A stretch of DNA of 64,000 bases from the NCBI GenBank assembly GCA_951406725.2, contig OX597818.1, positions 10,664,001-10,728,000 of the forward strand. Reading direction: 5' to 3'. Below, piece by piece: positions 27,187-39,189 of the stretch. Each line of letters starts with the position of its first letter. Position 1 is the stretch's first letter. The DNA comes from Octopus vulgaris. Its lineage: Eukaryota. Made by a program: the position numbers and the translations under genes. The notes under the pieces were generated by a model, which did no database searches, had not been told where the DNA came from, and saw nothing but the letters and a program-made list of their open reading frames with translations.

Positions 27187-27330
27187 GTAGGTTTTGCCAT
27201 ATGCATAGGACTCAAACCGACACCTTCATGACAAGTGTGCTACCATTACACTAATGTACCCCAAACATGGGTTTAAGTCCCATGCATACAGCACCCTACA
27301 GGGGTATTTTAGTGTAAAAGTAGCACACTT
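27187..27330. mobile_element. Inverted and permuted tRNA-derived heads
   Basis: Minus head 27262-27187: ggggtacattagtgtaatggtagcacac...ggtttgagtcctatgcata. On the plus strand the 3' half (27268-27300) precedes the 5' half (27301-27330). Confidence 0.65.
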
Positions 27331-27439
27331 ATAAGCTTATAGATTATTAATTACTATTTACAGAATTGTATAATCAGCATTGTTTATCAAATCACACAAA
27401 ATGCATATATATATATATATATATATATATACTCCATAC

Positions 27440-27640
27440 ATCACCATGCTTGACCACTAAATCTACAAGCTTTTTTCATTCTCCCTCTCTTTATTTTCTC
27501 TTATTCTTTTTTGTTGAAGAGCATAGGCTCAAAACGTAAAACACTTTTTCATTTTCCTGAGTATCAAACTGACACACCTGCTTGTTGTTCATACACCTGT
27601 CTTTGTCTTTTGTTTTTCTATATATTTCAACTATATATAA
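27440..27640 (+). mobile_element. Short pLTR-like element next to (TA)n with variant hammerhead-like motif
   Basis: ttgttga-a-gagc-atag-gctc-aaaa-cg-ta-aaa (27511-27541). Same family as 55957-56140(-). Confidence 0.6.
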
Positions 27641-28508
27641 TGTATCTCTATTTACACAAAAGGACCCCTCAACCAGTTTTCTTCCCTAAGGCACCCCCAT
27701 TATCTGTCAGAACTTTAGCTTCTCCTTTGATTCCTCTAACTTTTCTCATTGCGTGGAATCATTTCACTTTATACACCATCTTTCATCCTTATACATTTTC
27801 TGCTGATCACACCCTCTGAGCCACCAAATAATCTCCCCTTTTCTTTCCACCCCCATACAGCTCTTGCTTTCGCCACATATGCTGCTTGCCTTTCTTCTTC
27901 ACATACACACACTAGCAACCTACTGAAGTCATCTCTCTTTCGTTTTCTCCCCTACCCCACTTTCTCTCTCTCGTACACCCTCTCCCACTCTTACTCTCTT
28001 ACTCTTTCTCACTTTTACTCTCTATCTCACTCTTTTGTCTCACTCTCTCACACTGTCTCACTTCTTACTCTCTTTTTCACTCTCTCTATCTGTGTCTCTC
28101 TCCCTCTCCCTTTCTGTCTATCTCTCTCTTTCTGTCTCTCTTTCTCACACAGTCATCCCCACCCCACTGATTACAGTATCAACATTACTATTCTGCAGCT
28201 CTTCATCCCCATGCATCATTGGACACCTCAATCCCTTATCCACCATTCACTACATCCACCCCTAAACATTTGTTCTTCATTCATTATATTCCCACCCTAC
28301 CTCCCACTTTACCCACACACTTTTGTGACCTCTACCCATCCATACTCCTTGATCCTCTGTATCCCTTACCGCTATTCACCTGATACCATGAGGGTCCACC
28401 CAGACACATCATCACCAATATCTTTTTACTCTTGCTAGCACCAACCTGATCCACCCACACACACACACTCACTTCTCTTGTGAACTATGAGTAACTTATA
28501 TTACAGCT

Positions 28509-28764
28509 CAGTGTTTCTTAACCCTTTTTTTTTACCTATGAACTCTTTTGATTCCTATATTACTCACATGGACCCTCCTAGCCATTCAATGTTTTAAAAA
28601 AATCATATAATATTTTTGTAATTAAATAATAGTAGGAATTGTGCTAAAAAAATGTTAAAATATTTTGTGCATTGTGGAAGTAGAACCAATTTATTGCAAC
28701 TAAATTTTAGCAACATCTTTTATGGAGGTCCATGGGCCACATGGATCCTGGTTGAGAACCATTG
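28509..28764. mobile_element. hAT-Charlie-type MITE (~256 bp)
   Basis: TIRs cagtgtttcttaacc / ggttgagaaccattg. Confidence 0.75.
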
Positions 28765-28918
28765 ATGTAGCCTCTTTGCAGCAAAAACATGTGTTCTATT
28801 CTAGCCCTTTCACTAATACTTTAGCCCATCATTTCCTTGCATAAAGTCATTTCTCTTGAGGTTCATCACCTTGCATGGCAACCTCATTGGTGGTTGGTGG
28901 TATTAAAAAAAGGCATAA

Positions 28919-29150
28919 GGCGGCGAGCTGGCAGAATCGTTAGCACACCAGGCGAAATGCTTAGCAATATTTCGTCTGTCGCTACATTCTGAGTTCAAAT
29001 TCCGCCGTGGTCAACTTTGCCTTTCATCCTTTCGGGGTCGATTAAATAAGTGCCAGTTACGCACTGGGGTCGATGTAATCGACTTAATTCATTTGTCTGT
29101 CCTTGTTTGTCCTCTCTGTGTTTAGCCCCTTGTGGGCAGTAAAGAAATAG
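28919..29150 (+). mobile_element. Family-A tRNA-derived SINE
   Basis: ggcggcgagctggcagaatcgttagc...gagttcaaattcc (B-box)...gcctttcatcctttcggggtcgattaaataagtgccag central domain. The domain resembles Meta/Sauria-type SINE cores. Confidence 0.9.
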
Positions 29151-29452
29151 CTATTAAAAAGAAGGTAGTCAGTATACACTGTGAAATGATTAGCATTAGG
29201 AATGGCATCCAACCATAGAAACCATGTCAAGGTAGACAATGGAGCACAATGCAGTTCACTATCCGACTCATGACAGCATTGAACAATGGAATGTGTACAT
29301 TGAATAATAATGATGACAATGATGGTACATTCGTGTGGTGGGGTACTGTGTGTGTGAGCATTGCTCCCCAAAATATTTTATTCGTGTATGTGTGTGTGTG
29401 TGTGTGTGTATACATACACTCATGCGCACACTCATATATGTGTATGTATTTC

Positions 29453-29564
<112 letters not shown>

Positions 29565-30232
29565 TGTATGTATATGTATCTATATATATATATATATATA
29601 TATATGTAAGTATGTATACACACACAAACAGAATTATAAGAATTAGATAGTCATAAAGGCAATGCACTTACCCTAAGCTGTCTTGTAGAATTCCTGAACA
29701 TTCATCTGTAAAAGAAAAATAATATTGAATACTGGAAAGTAGCTTAAAATTGTATTAAGTAAAGGGCTAAATAGAATTTTAAAATATGACATAAAAAGTT
29801 TAAAAATTTCTTTTAAACAAATAGTGTAAAGATGAAATAACTCCACATGCATGAACACACACACACACATATGTATATATAATGAACATTTTAAGCATGT
29901 TTATATCTGTGTGCGTGAGTATATATATATATATGTATATATATATGAATATATATTTTATGACTCAACATCAATGCATTAAGCTATAGGGGTTCAATTT
30001 TATTTAAAATTTTTAGTAATTTCATGTGAAATGCATATTTCCTTATCTTCTATTTGTGTTTCATAAATTCCTTTTTCCAAAATAGTTGCTGAATTTTGGG
30101 CCACCCATATATATGTCTATTTACATGTGTGTGTGCATGCTGTTTTACACTTTTACTACATGTGGCCATGCTGGAGCACTGCCTTTAGTCGAAGAAATCA
30201 ACCCCATGTCTTATATATATACACATATGCAT

Positions 30233-30285
<53 letters not shown>

Positions 30286-30451
30286 TGATCGGTCCACTGC
30301 AGGACATAGGCCTCAGCATGTTCTCTCCACCAACCAGTTTGATGTAGAGGCTGTGAATTTGAGCTTGATCTCATACTAAGTGGAATGTGCCTACACTGTG
30401 TATGTATATGCATATACATGTATAGATATGTAAATGTATGTATATATATAT

Positions 30452-30496
<45 letters not shown>

Positions 30497-30824
30497 TATT
30501 GTGTGTACAGTTAGCTGTGCAGCTGCTACCGGTGAGTTTACTGCTCCACATAAATTATCATCATGCAGTCTACTTTCTGTACAGTGTTGTGGTTAATGTA
30601 CTCAGCAGTGTTACTGGTTATGGTTCACAAATGTTGAAGAACAAACCATTTCATCTCTGCTTGTATTACAGTTACCCTTTCAATAATGCAACACCAAGTA
30701 AAATAACAGTGTTTTCAACCTGCTAGAAACAGCAGCAAAATCTCTTTCAAATCACATCCTACCATCATGTAGAGTTAAAGAACAATAACATACAGACATC
30801 TACCTCTGTCAGATATGAAAGTTG

Positions 30825-31140
30825 TGCCTCATGGCACAGTGGTTAGAGCATTGGGTTTGCAATCATGAGGTAGTGAGTTCAATTTACGGACCAGGCTGTG
30901 TTGTGTTCTTGAGCACAACGCTTTATTTCACATTGCTCCAGTTGACCCAGCTGTAAAAATGAGTGTGACATCATTGGTGCAAATTTGTATTGGCCTTTGC
31001 TTTTCTCTTGAGGGGAGGCTGGTATGCATGGGTGACTGCTTGTCTTCCATAAACAGCCTTGGCCAGAGGTGTGACTCAAAGAGAAACTTTCTAGGTGCAA
31101 TCCCATGGTCATTCATGACCAAAGGGGGTCTTTACCCTTT
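30825..31140 (+). mobile_element. Family-D tRNA-derived SINE (further copy at 40265-40590)
   Basis: tggcacagtggttagagc A-box, gagttcaatt B-box, gttcttgagcacaacgcttt core, 3' catgaccaaagggggtctttaccctt. Confidence 0.88.
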
Positions 31141-31896
31141 GGCTTCATGCAGAATATCACTGTGTCTACTTAATGATAACAACAGCAATAAACTCTATCC
31201 ACAAACAACAAAAAATCAAAAAAACAAATCATACTAGAATCCAAAGAAACCAGGTGATGGCTATATCAGAAAAGTCACAAATTAATAAAAAAAAATGTTA
31301 TAAACGTAACTGTTTGTGTACCACAAGAAGACATGAATTTTGACAAATTAGATAACATAATCCCCAGTACAGTACTGGTGAATAAATAACAGCAGATTCA
31401 CTGCTTTATTCATGGTGTACTTAATCTGAGCTGAAAAAGCACTGGTCACAAACAACATAAACATGGAAGATCGTATTGGATTACATAGGCCTAGGTTCAG
31501 TGTGCCCACAAAATAATGGGACAATCATGGTTAGAATGCAGCTGATCTTACTTCAGTTTGATGAAGGTTCATCTGGAATTAACTATCTACGCCATTAGGA
31601 AGGGCATCCAGTCATAAAAATTGTGTCAAAGCAGACAGTGAAGCCTGGTGCAGTCTTCTAGCTTGCCAGCTCCTGTCAAGCTGTCCAACCCATGCCAGCA
31701 TGGAAAACGGATGTTAAATGATGACGATGGTGATGATGGTACTTAGATTTGGATATATATATTCCTGTTCATTCCCATGTACACACCAACATACAGACCC
31801 ACATTTGTAGACATGCACACGCATACACACATGAATATTTGTGTATGTATATATGTGCATACACACACACACACACACATATATATGTATGTATAA

Positions 31897-31934
<38 letters not shown>

Positions 31935-32289
31935 CCCATGCTACCACAGAAAGTGAGTGTTAAATGAACAATCTCACAGATGAACATGTATGTCACACAT
32001 CTGTTATAAGACGTCTTTGCATGTTTCTGTGTCAATAATTGTTCTACCATATGGAATGGAACTATATTGAGTGGAATGTGGAATTCCAACGTAGCCTCAC
32101 TAATTATCATGACAATGTTCAAGTTACTATATATAAAGTAGTGTATATAAGCCAACTACAAGTAACATATTAGGGTTGGTTCTAGACTTTAAAAATACAT
32201 TTATTTTCAGTTTTGGAATGAAATACATATTGATAATTGATGGCATATTTAGGTACAAGGACCTAAATAATGTGTTTGTGTATAAAGCA

Positions 32290-32595
32290 GCTATGCCGGT
32301 GCTGGAGCAACATAAAGAGGGCCTGTGCTAATGCCATGTCAAAAGCACTTGTGTCAATGCCACATAAGAGAGCACCTGTGTCAGGGTAAAGTAAAGAGCA
32401 CCCATGCTAGTGCTTCATAAGAGCCACCCAGTACTCTCTGTAAAGTGGTTGGCATTAGGAAGGGCATCCAGCCATAGAAACTATGTCAATACAAATGAGT
32501 GGAGCCTAGCACAGCCCTCTAGCTTGTTAGCTCCTGTCAAACCATCCAACCCATGCCAGCATGGAAAACGGATGTTGAGTGATGATAATGATGAT
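32290..32595 (+). mobile_element. Family-C element. Further copies at ~31590-31740, 33705-33815, 35190-35415(-), 36425-36800(-), 48330-48710, 60615-60800
   Basis: Tandem aaaagcacc units, gtggttggcattaggaagggcatcc, and ccaacccatgccagcatggaaaacggatgtt-(gat)n. Confidence 0.85.
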
Positions 32596-33368
32596 ATAGC
32601 TAGCTAGTTAGCAAGTCAGATAGAGGGAAACCCACTCTCAGCACTTTGATCAAACTGAAGCTACCGTGAAAGACACTTGCCCAATGTACCACAAAGTGGG
32701 ACTGAACCCAGAACTATGTAGTTGGGAAGTACATACACGCATACACACACACATATACAGACACAGATATTACAGGAAAGTTAGATCAGTGAAGTGAGTG
32801 ATAGACATAAGTATGAATTTGCGCACACACACATACACACACACATATGTGCATTACGTGTACATAGACACAAGCTTACACATACAAACACACTATTACT
32901 AAGAGTTGAGGATGATATAGAAGCCTGACTCTTTATAAGTACTTGAGAATATAATCTTGAACAAGTGTTAGAGGATATTAGATTTGCTGAGGGGCTCTAG
33001 CAGCAACAAAAGAAAATGTTTTGGCAGTGGTGAGTGAATGGGGGTAATTGAATGTGTCTGGAATGTGGAAAGAGTAAACCCTAGCAAAAAGACATATCTT
33101 ACTTTGCCACAAGGGTGCTTATTCACAGCATGAAAACACAACAGCAACAACAAGTATAATGCCATCTCGACATATAATCAAGCATAATAAAACAGTGGAA
33201 TTAAATAGTTCATCTGTTGGTCTCTTAAGAAATCCAGTTGCTTGATTCGATCAACAGAAATATCTGCTAATTAATGAGCCAGTGTGTGAGTGAGTGTGTG
33301 ACAGCTCTTATGTGTTTAACTTCAGGCATGAGATAATTTAGTAGTGAGATGGTATATCTTAGCTTACT

Positions 33369-33601
33369 AAGGCGGCGAGCTGGCAGAAACATTAGCGTGC
33401 CGGGCGAAATGCATAGCCATATTTCGTCTGTTGTTACGTTCTGAGTTCAAATTCCGCCGAAGTCAACTTTGCCTTTCATCCTTTCGGGGTCGATAAATTG
33501 AGTACCAGTTACGCACTGGGGTCGAAGTAATCGACTTAATACCTATGTCTGTTCTTGTTTGTCTCCTCTATGTTTAGCCCCTTGTGGGTAATAAAGAAAT
33601 A
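33369..33601 (+). mobile_element. Family-A SINE with 18-bp TSD
   Basis: TSD ggtatat(c/t)ttagcttact at 33351-33368 and 33602-33619. Confidence 0.92.
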
Positions 33602-33964
33602 GGTATATTTTAGCTTACTTATTATTATGTGTATGTACATCCATATGTTTGTGTATCATTCTCATTCTCTTCTCATTTCTGCTTCTGTTTGTCTAACCAT
33701 CCAAATGTGACTGATGCCAGTGCCCCTTGACTGGCTCCCATGCCGGTGGCATGTAAAAAGCACCCACTACACTCTCGGAGTGGTTGGCGTTAGGAAGGGC
33801 ATCCAGCTGTAGAAACATACATGTATGTATGTATGTGTATATATATATTTATGTATGTATATATATATATAAATGTATATATATTTCTGCATGTATGTGT
33901 ACATATATATATATGTATGTATGTATGTATATATATGTATGTATGTATGTATATATATGTATGC

Positions 33965-34016
<52 letters not shown>

Positions 34017-34211
34017 ATATATATAAATGTGTATGTATGTATATATATATATGTATGTATGTGTATGTATATATATATATGTATGTATGTATGTATGTGT
34101 ATGTGTATGTAAATATATATATGTGTGTGTGTGTGTATATATATATATATGTATGCGTATATATATGTGTGTGAGTATATATATATGTTTGTATCTTATA
34201 TATATTTAGAC

Positions 34212-34254
<43 letters not shown>

Positions 34255-34735
34255 GTATGTGTGTATGTATAGGGATGTATGTGTGGATATATATGTATGT
34301 GTACATGTGTATGTTTATATGCACACTCTATAGATAGGTGCACATGTGTACAAGCAGTGCAATATCAGATTATTTAAGCAAAGTATTTAACTACTGTGAC
34401 TGCACAACAGTTGAGCAGGCAGGTGGTGCTATAACTTTGTGTCTGTGAACTAAACAAGAGGGAAGAATGCACCTCAAATATACCACACAAAGAATATATA
34501 AAATATCTACTATAAGTTACCCCACGGAACATTTACATGGTTCAGTGAATAGTCATCTCATCAGCCACTGTTATTCATTTGTTTAGCACAGAATATATAT
34601 TCACATATAAATTATTGACATCATGGGTGATTGTTATAAGTTGAACAGGAGCAGTCCAAAAAATGAATCAACCACTAATTGAGTGACTGATTCATAAGCA
34701 ATAATTTCTTTAGGCATAGGTGCAAGTCTTGAAAC

Positions 34736-35051
34736 GTGGAGGCACATAGCCTAATGGTTAGAGCAGCGGACTCGTGGTCGAGGGATCGTGGGTTCGAATC
34801 TTAGACTGGGCGATGTGTGTGTTTATGAGCGAAAACACCTAAGATCCATGCGGCTCCAGCAGAAGGTAATGGCGAACTTCTGTTGACTCTTTCACCACAA
34901 CTTTCTCTAACTCTTTCCTGCTGCATCTTGCAGCTCACCTGCGGCGGACCAGCGTCCCGTCCAGGTGGGGAACCTATACGCCAAGAAAACCGAGAGACCC
35001 ACCCTATGAGCCAGGCATGTCTTGAGAAGGAACAAACAACAAAAACATAAA
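34736..35051 (+). mobile_element. Family-E tRNA-derived SINE, full length, 13-bp TSD, inserted into an old family-A copy
   Basis: A-box tagcctaatggttagagc, B-box ggttcgaatc, (AAC)-rich tail. TSD caagtcttgaaac at 34723-34735 and 35052-35064. Confidence 0.92.
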
Positions 35052-36819
35052 CAAGTCTTGAAACTTGAGGGATGTACATACTGAATATGTCATCACCACT
35101 ATTTGGCTGGTTCTTTATTTTATCAATAATGGAGGGATGATAGGCAAAGTTGACCTTGGTTGGATTTGAAGTAGGAATGTAAAAAGCTTATCATCATCAT
35201 CATCATCATCATCACCACCATCGTTTAACATGCATGGGAAGGACAGATGACAGGAGCCAGCCAGGAAGAAGACTACCCCAAGCTACTATGTCTGTTTTGG
35301 CAGGGATTTTTATGGCTGAATGCCCTTCCTAACACCAACCTCTCAGCAGAGTGGACTTAGTGCTTTTTACATGACAGTAGCATAGGCAAGGTCAGTTTTG
35401 GCATGATTTTTATGTCAATGAGAAATAACCCCTCAAAAAGGTAATAAAGAATACCTACAGTCTTCTCTGCTTGGAGAATATAAATCAGAATGCTTATATT
35501 CTAGGAGTTACATGATAGATATATGATGGATAAATGCAACATTAATCTGGCAGTACAATTTTAGTTCATCTAAGTGCAGTATCTAATCATTGGGAATACG
35601 CAATGACAGAACAGGCTTTCGGGGATATAACTTTGAAGTAAACAAAGAGAGAAAATAAATCTAACATATACAACATAAAGTAAAAGAAAATATGGAGTTT
35701 TTTTAAAAGCAAATGAAGCAGTGGTGATCAGAATAATGATGTGTACATTTATATTTAATACACTCCATTTCAGTCATTCATAGCCTGGTCGGAACTCCTG
35801 TTCTTATATGTAAACAACAGAAAATATATTTGCTGATATGTGCTGTAGCTTTGTCAAATAGTAATTAATTTATTAAGAGCACATGAAACAGCAGCAATCA
35901 AAATAACGACTTGTATGCTTCATGCACCTTTTAGAAGAGGACTTAATAGACTTAGATATAACCAGAGTGATAATATAATATAAAATAAAATATAATGCAA
36001 ATGGAATAACTAAAGATCAGTCAAGAAATATACTCTTACTACTCTCAGTCATTTGGCTACAGCCATACTAAGGCTTTAGTCAATCATGTCATCCCCACCC
36101 ATTCATATTTGTCTGGTAAATATTTTATCAATCTACAGTTATCAAATCAATAACTTGCATTCTTTGACACAAAACTTAGTTACATAAAAACAAGCAAAGC
36201 CTGTGACACACATACACACAATGATGATGATATGTGACCAGCTTCCATGTTGTTTTCTTCAATTAAATTTCACTCACAATATATAAGTCATCCTATATTA
36301 TAACAGAAGACACCAAAGTGCTCCACAATGGGATAAAACTCAGAATCATGTGGTTGTGAAGTGAGCGTTTTAGTCATACAACTGTGTCTTTCTTTGCTCA
36401 TAGCAAAATATAATATAATAATAATCATCATCATCATTTAACATCCTGTGTCCATGCTGGCATGGGTTGGATGGTTTGACCAGGGCTAGCAAGCTGGAAA
36501 GCTGTACCAGACTCTAGTCTGGTTTGGCATAGTTTCTATGGCTGGATGCCCTTCCTAACACCAACCACTCTGAAAGGGTAATGGGTGCCACGACTACAAA
36601 CTCACTTGGTTTGATGGGCCTTCTTTTCAAGCACTGCATCATGCCAAAGGTCTGTCATTTGTCATTGCCTCTTTGAGGCCCAACACTCAAAAGATGCTTT
36701 TTACGTGCCACTGGCATTATCCACCTTGTGTCCATGAGGCCCAATGCTCAAAAGGTGCTTTTTACATGCCACCAGCATAAGTGACAGTTACGTGACACCA
36801 GCATAATAATAATAATAAT

Positions 36820-37010
36820 GGTTTCAAATTTTGGCACAAGGTCAGCAACTTTGGGGAAGGGGTAACTTGATTATATAGACCCCAGTGCTCAAATGGTACT
36901 TAGTTTATCAACCCCCAAAAGGATGAAAGACAAAGTCAACCTCGGCAGAATCTGAACTCCTAATGTAAAGACAGGCAAAATGCTACTAAGCATTTTGCCT
37001 AGGTGCTAAC
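36820..37010 (-). mobile_element. Family-A SINE (other minus copies at 43270-43485 and 62435-62645)
   Basis: aaaggatgaaagacaaagtcaacctcggcagaatctgaactc...aaatgctactaagcatttt. Confidence 0.85.
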
Positions 37011-37091
37011 AACAGTAATAATAATATATATATGTATATATGTGAGTATATAGCTACATCTATATAGATATATCTGTGTGTGTGTGTGTGT

Positions 37092-37131
<40 letters not shown>

Positions 37132-37290
37132 TATCATTATAATTAAACCTGCAAAAACATCACAAAAATATCACAGTAAACTTCTGCTCAGAGTTTCATG
37201 TTCCCGTGAAGAGTCTAAAGTATATTACTCTACCACCGGTATCCAAGTACTATTTTTCCCCACCTGGTTTTACATTTATGTGCTTATTTT

Positions 37291-37318
<28 letters not shown>

Positions 37319-37326
<8 letters not shown>

Positions 37327-37581
37327 TAAATGAAAGAATGGAGTCGAACGAAGATTTTAACAAAATTCCTTTACTCTCAACACAAGAGTAAAGGAATTTT
37401 GTTAAAATCTTTGTTCGACTCCATTCTTTCATTTATTCATATAAAAACACACAAATTTCCACACAAGAACCCGGAGTTTCTACCCTTGACAGGTCGCTTC
37501 AACCGTGTTTTCTGACGTGAACTTGCTACCCAGGTATCGGTTAAACGAATTTTCCATGCTAGGATAATTCATTCACCTACT
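37319..37581. mobile_element. Fold-back element in (TA)n: 59-bp near-perfect inverted arms (37319-37377 / 37385-37443), right arm continuing to 37581
   Basis: tatgaataaatgaaagaatggagtcgaacgaagattttaacaaaattcctttactct and its reverse complement, with one mismatch and a 7-nt loop. Both ends abut (TA)n. Confidence 0.8.
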
Positions 37582-37704
37582 TATATATATATATATATAT
37601 ATGTGTGTGTATGTATGTATGTATGTATGTATGTATGTATGTATGTATGTATGTATATGTATATATATATATGTATATATGTATGTATATTATGTATATA
37701 TATT

Positions 37705-37759
<55 letters not shown>

Positions 37760-38887
37760 GCTAGCTGACCTCATAGATATTCCACAGTTTAATTAGAAAC
37801 AACCAGAAAATACTAGAGATCAATAGAGCACTTTAAATGTTTTATTTATAAGTTATCCACACACAAATAACATACATAGTACCTAATTACATTCAGGCAA
37901 CATAACAAAATAAATCAAGTTTATTGAACATTTGACTGAAATTAGCAAAATGGAATATTTTACTCATAACTTAAGGATAAACAATATTTTTCATTAAAAT
38001 AACACTTTTAGTTCCTACATATATGAAATCTAATGGCATATGCACTTATGCACTTACCCCAATTTCACACACACACAAACACACACAGCTAATTGTCATG
38101 TACATGTTTGTGAATGTGTGCATCAAGAGCATTTGTGTGCGTGTGAATATATGTGTGCTAATAGCTGTAGCAGTCATCAGAACCACACCCTCCCTCTTCC
38201 TTCATTGCACACACTCACTTTTACCATTCCCTTTCCACAGTGTGACAGATTTTTTACACCGCAGGAATTTATCGTTAGCACTTTCATATAATAGATACAT
38301 GTGTATGTGTGTGTATATGTATGTTTTTGGTGTGTTATCTTCTTGGACATAATTATGGTTGTCACTCACACACATATACATAAATATATTCAATGTGATA
38401 TTTCTATCTTCAGCAGATTGAAAAAGGAAGTTATATGAAATATAACTGCTTATATAACGCTGCCCCACCCCACCCTACCCCACCCAGCTGATATAAAAGG
38501 AAAACAATGTTATTTCATAAACAAAGCCAACATTTTTATACTTTGACAACCATCATTGTAGGTCAAAACCTTACAACACAGTGCTCTAAATATTCCAGGT
38601 TATATATTTAAAGTATAGAATTGGAATGATATTATAACTGCTCTCAATTCTCTGGAATAATATTCTGAAGATTCAAGAGAAGAAACTGCATTAAAATAAG
38701 TGATTTTGATCTTTGTCAGTTTTATTCATTATTTCTTTTATCATCCTACTGTTAGTATTGAGTGCATTGTAACCATTGTTTTGTTTGTACATTATATATA
38801 TATATATATACATATAAGAGAGAGACAGAGAGAGGGGGGGAGAGAAAATACACACACACATATACAGGTATGTTTTATGAGTATACA

Positions 38888-38928
<41 letters not shown>

Positions 38929-39189
38929 ATTGTGTGTATGTGTGTTTGTTGTGTGCATGCATATCAGAATCTTAGAAGGAACATTAAAGTTTTTTTAAAA
39001 TATACAAAAAATCCAGTAGAAGGAGGGGATTTTGCTATGATGTATTTTAATTTTTTTTTTCTTAGCAACAGTGAAGGGGGCACTGGTATTGGTGGTGGTT
39101 TTGGCAGTAGTGTTGGATGTGGTGAAGTCTGTGGTAGTGGTAGCGGTGGAGGTTTTTAGCATTGCTGCTGCTACTACTGGTGGTGGTGG

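Noticed and set aside
27749-28438. 229-aa ORF
   Set aside because: Pyrimidine-rich (CT) low-complexity tract with no domain.
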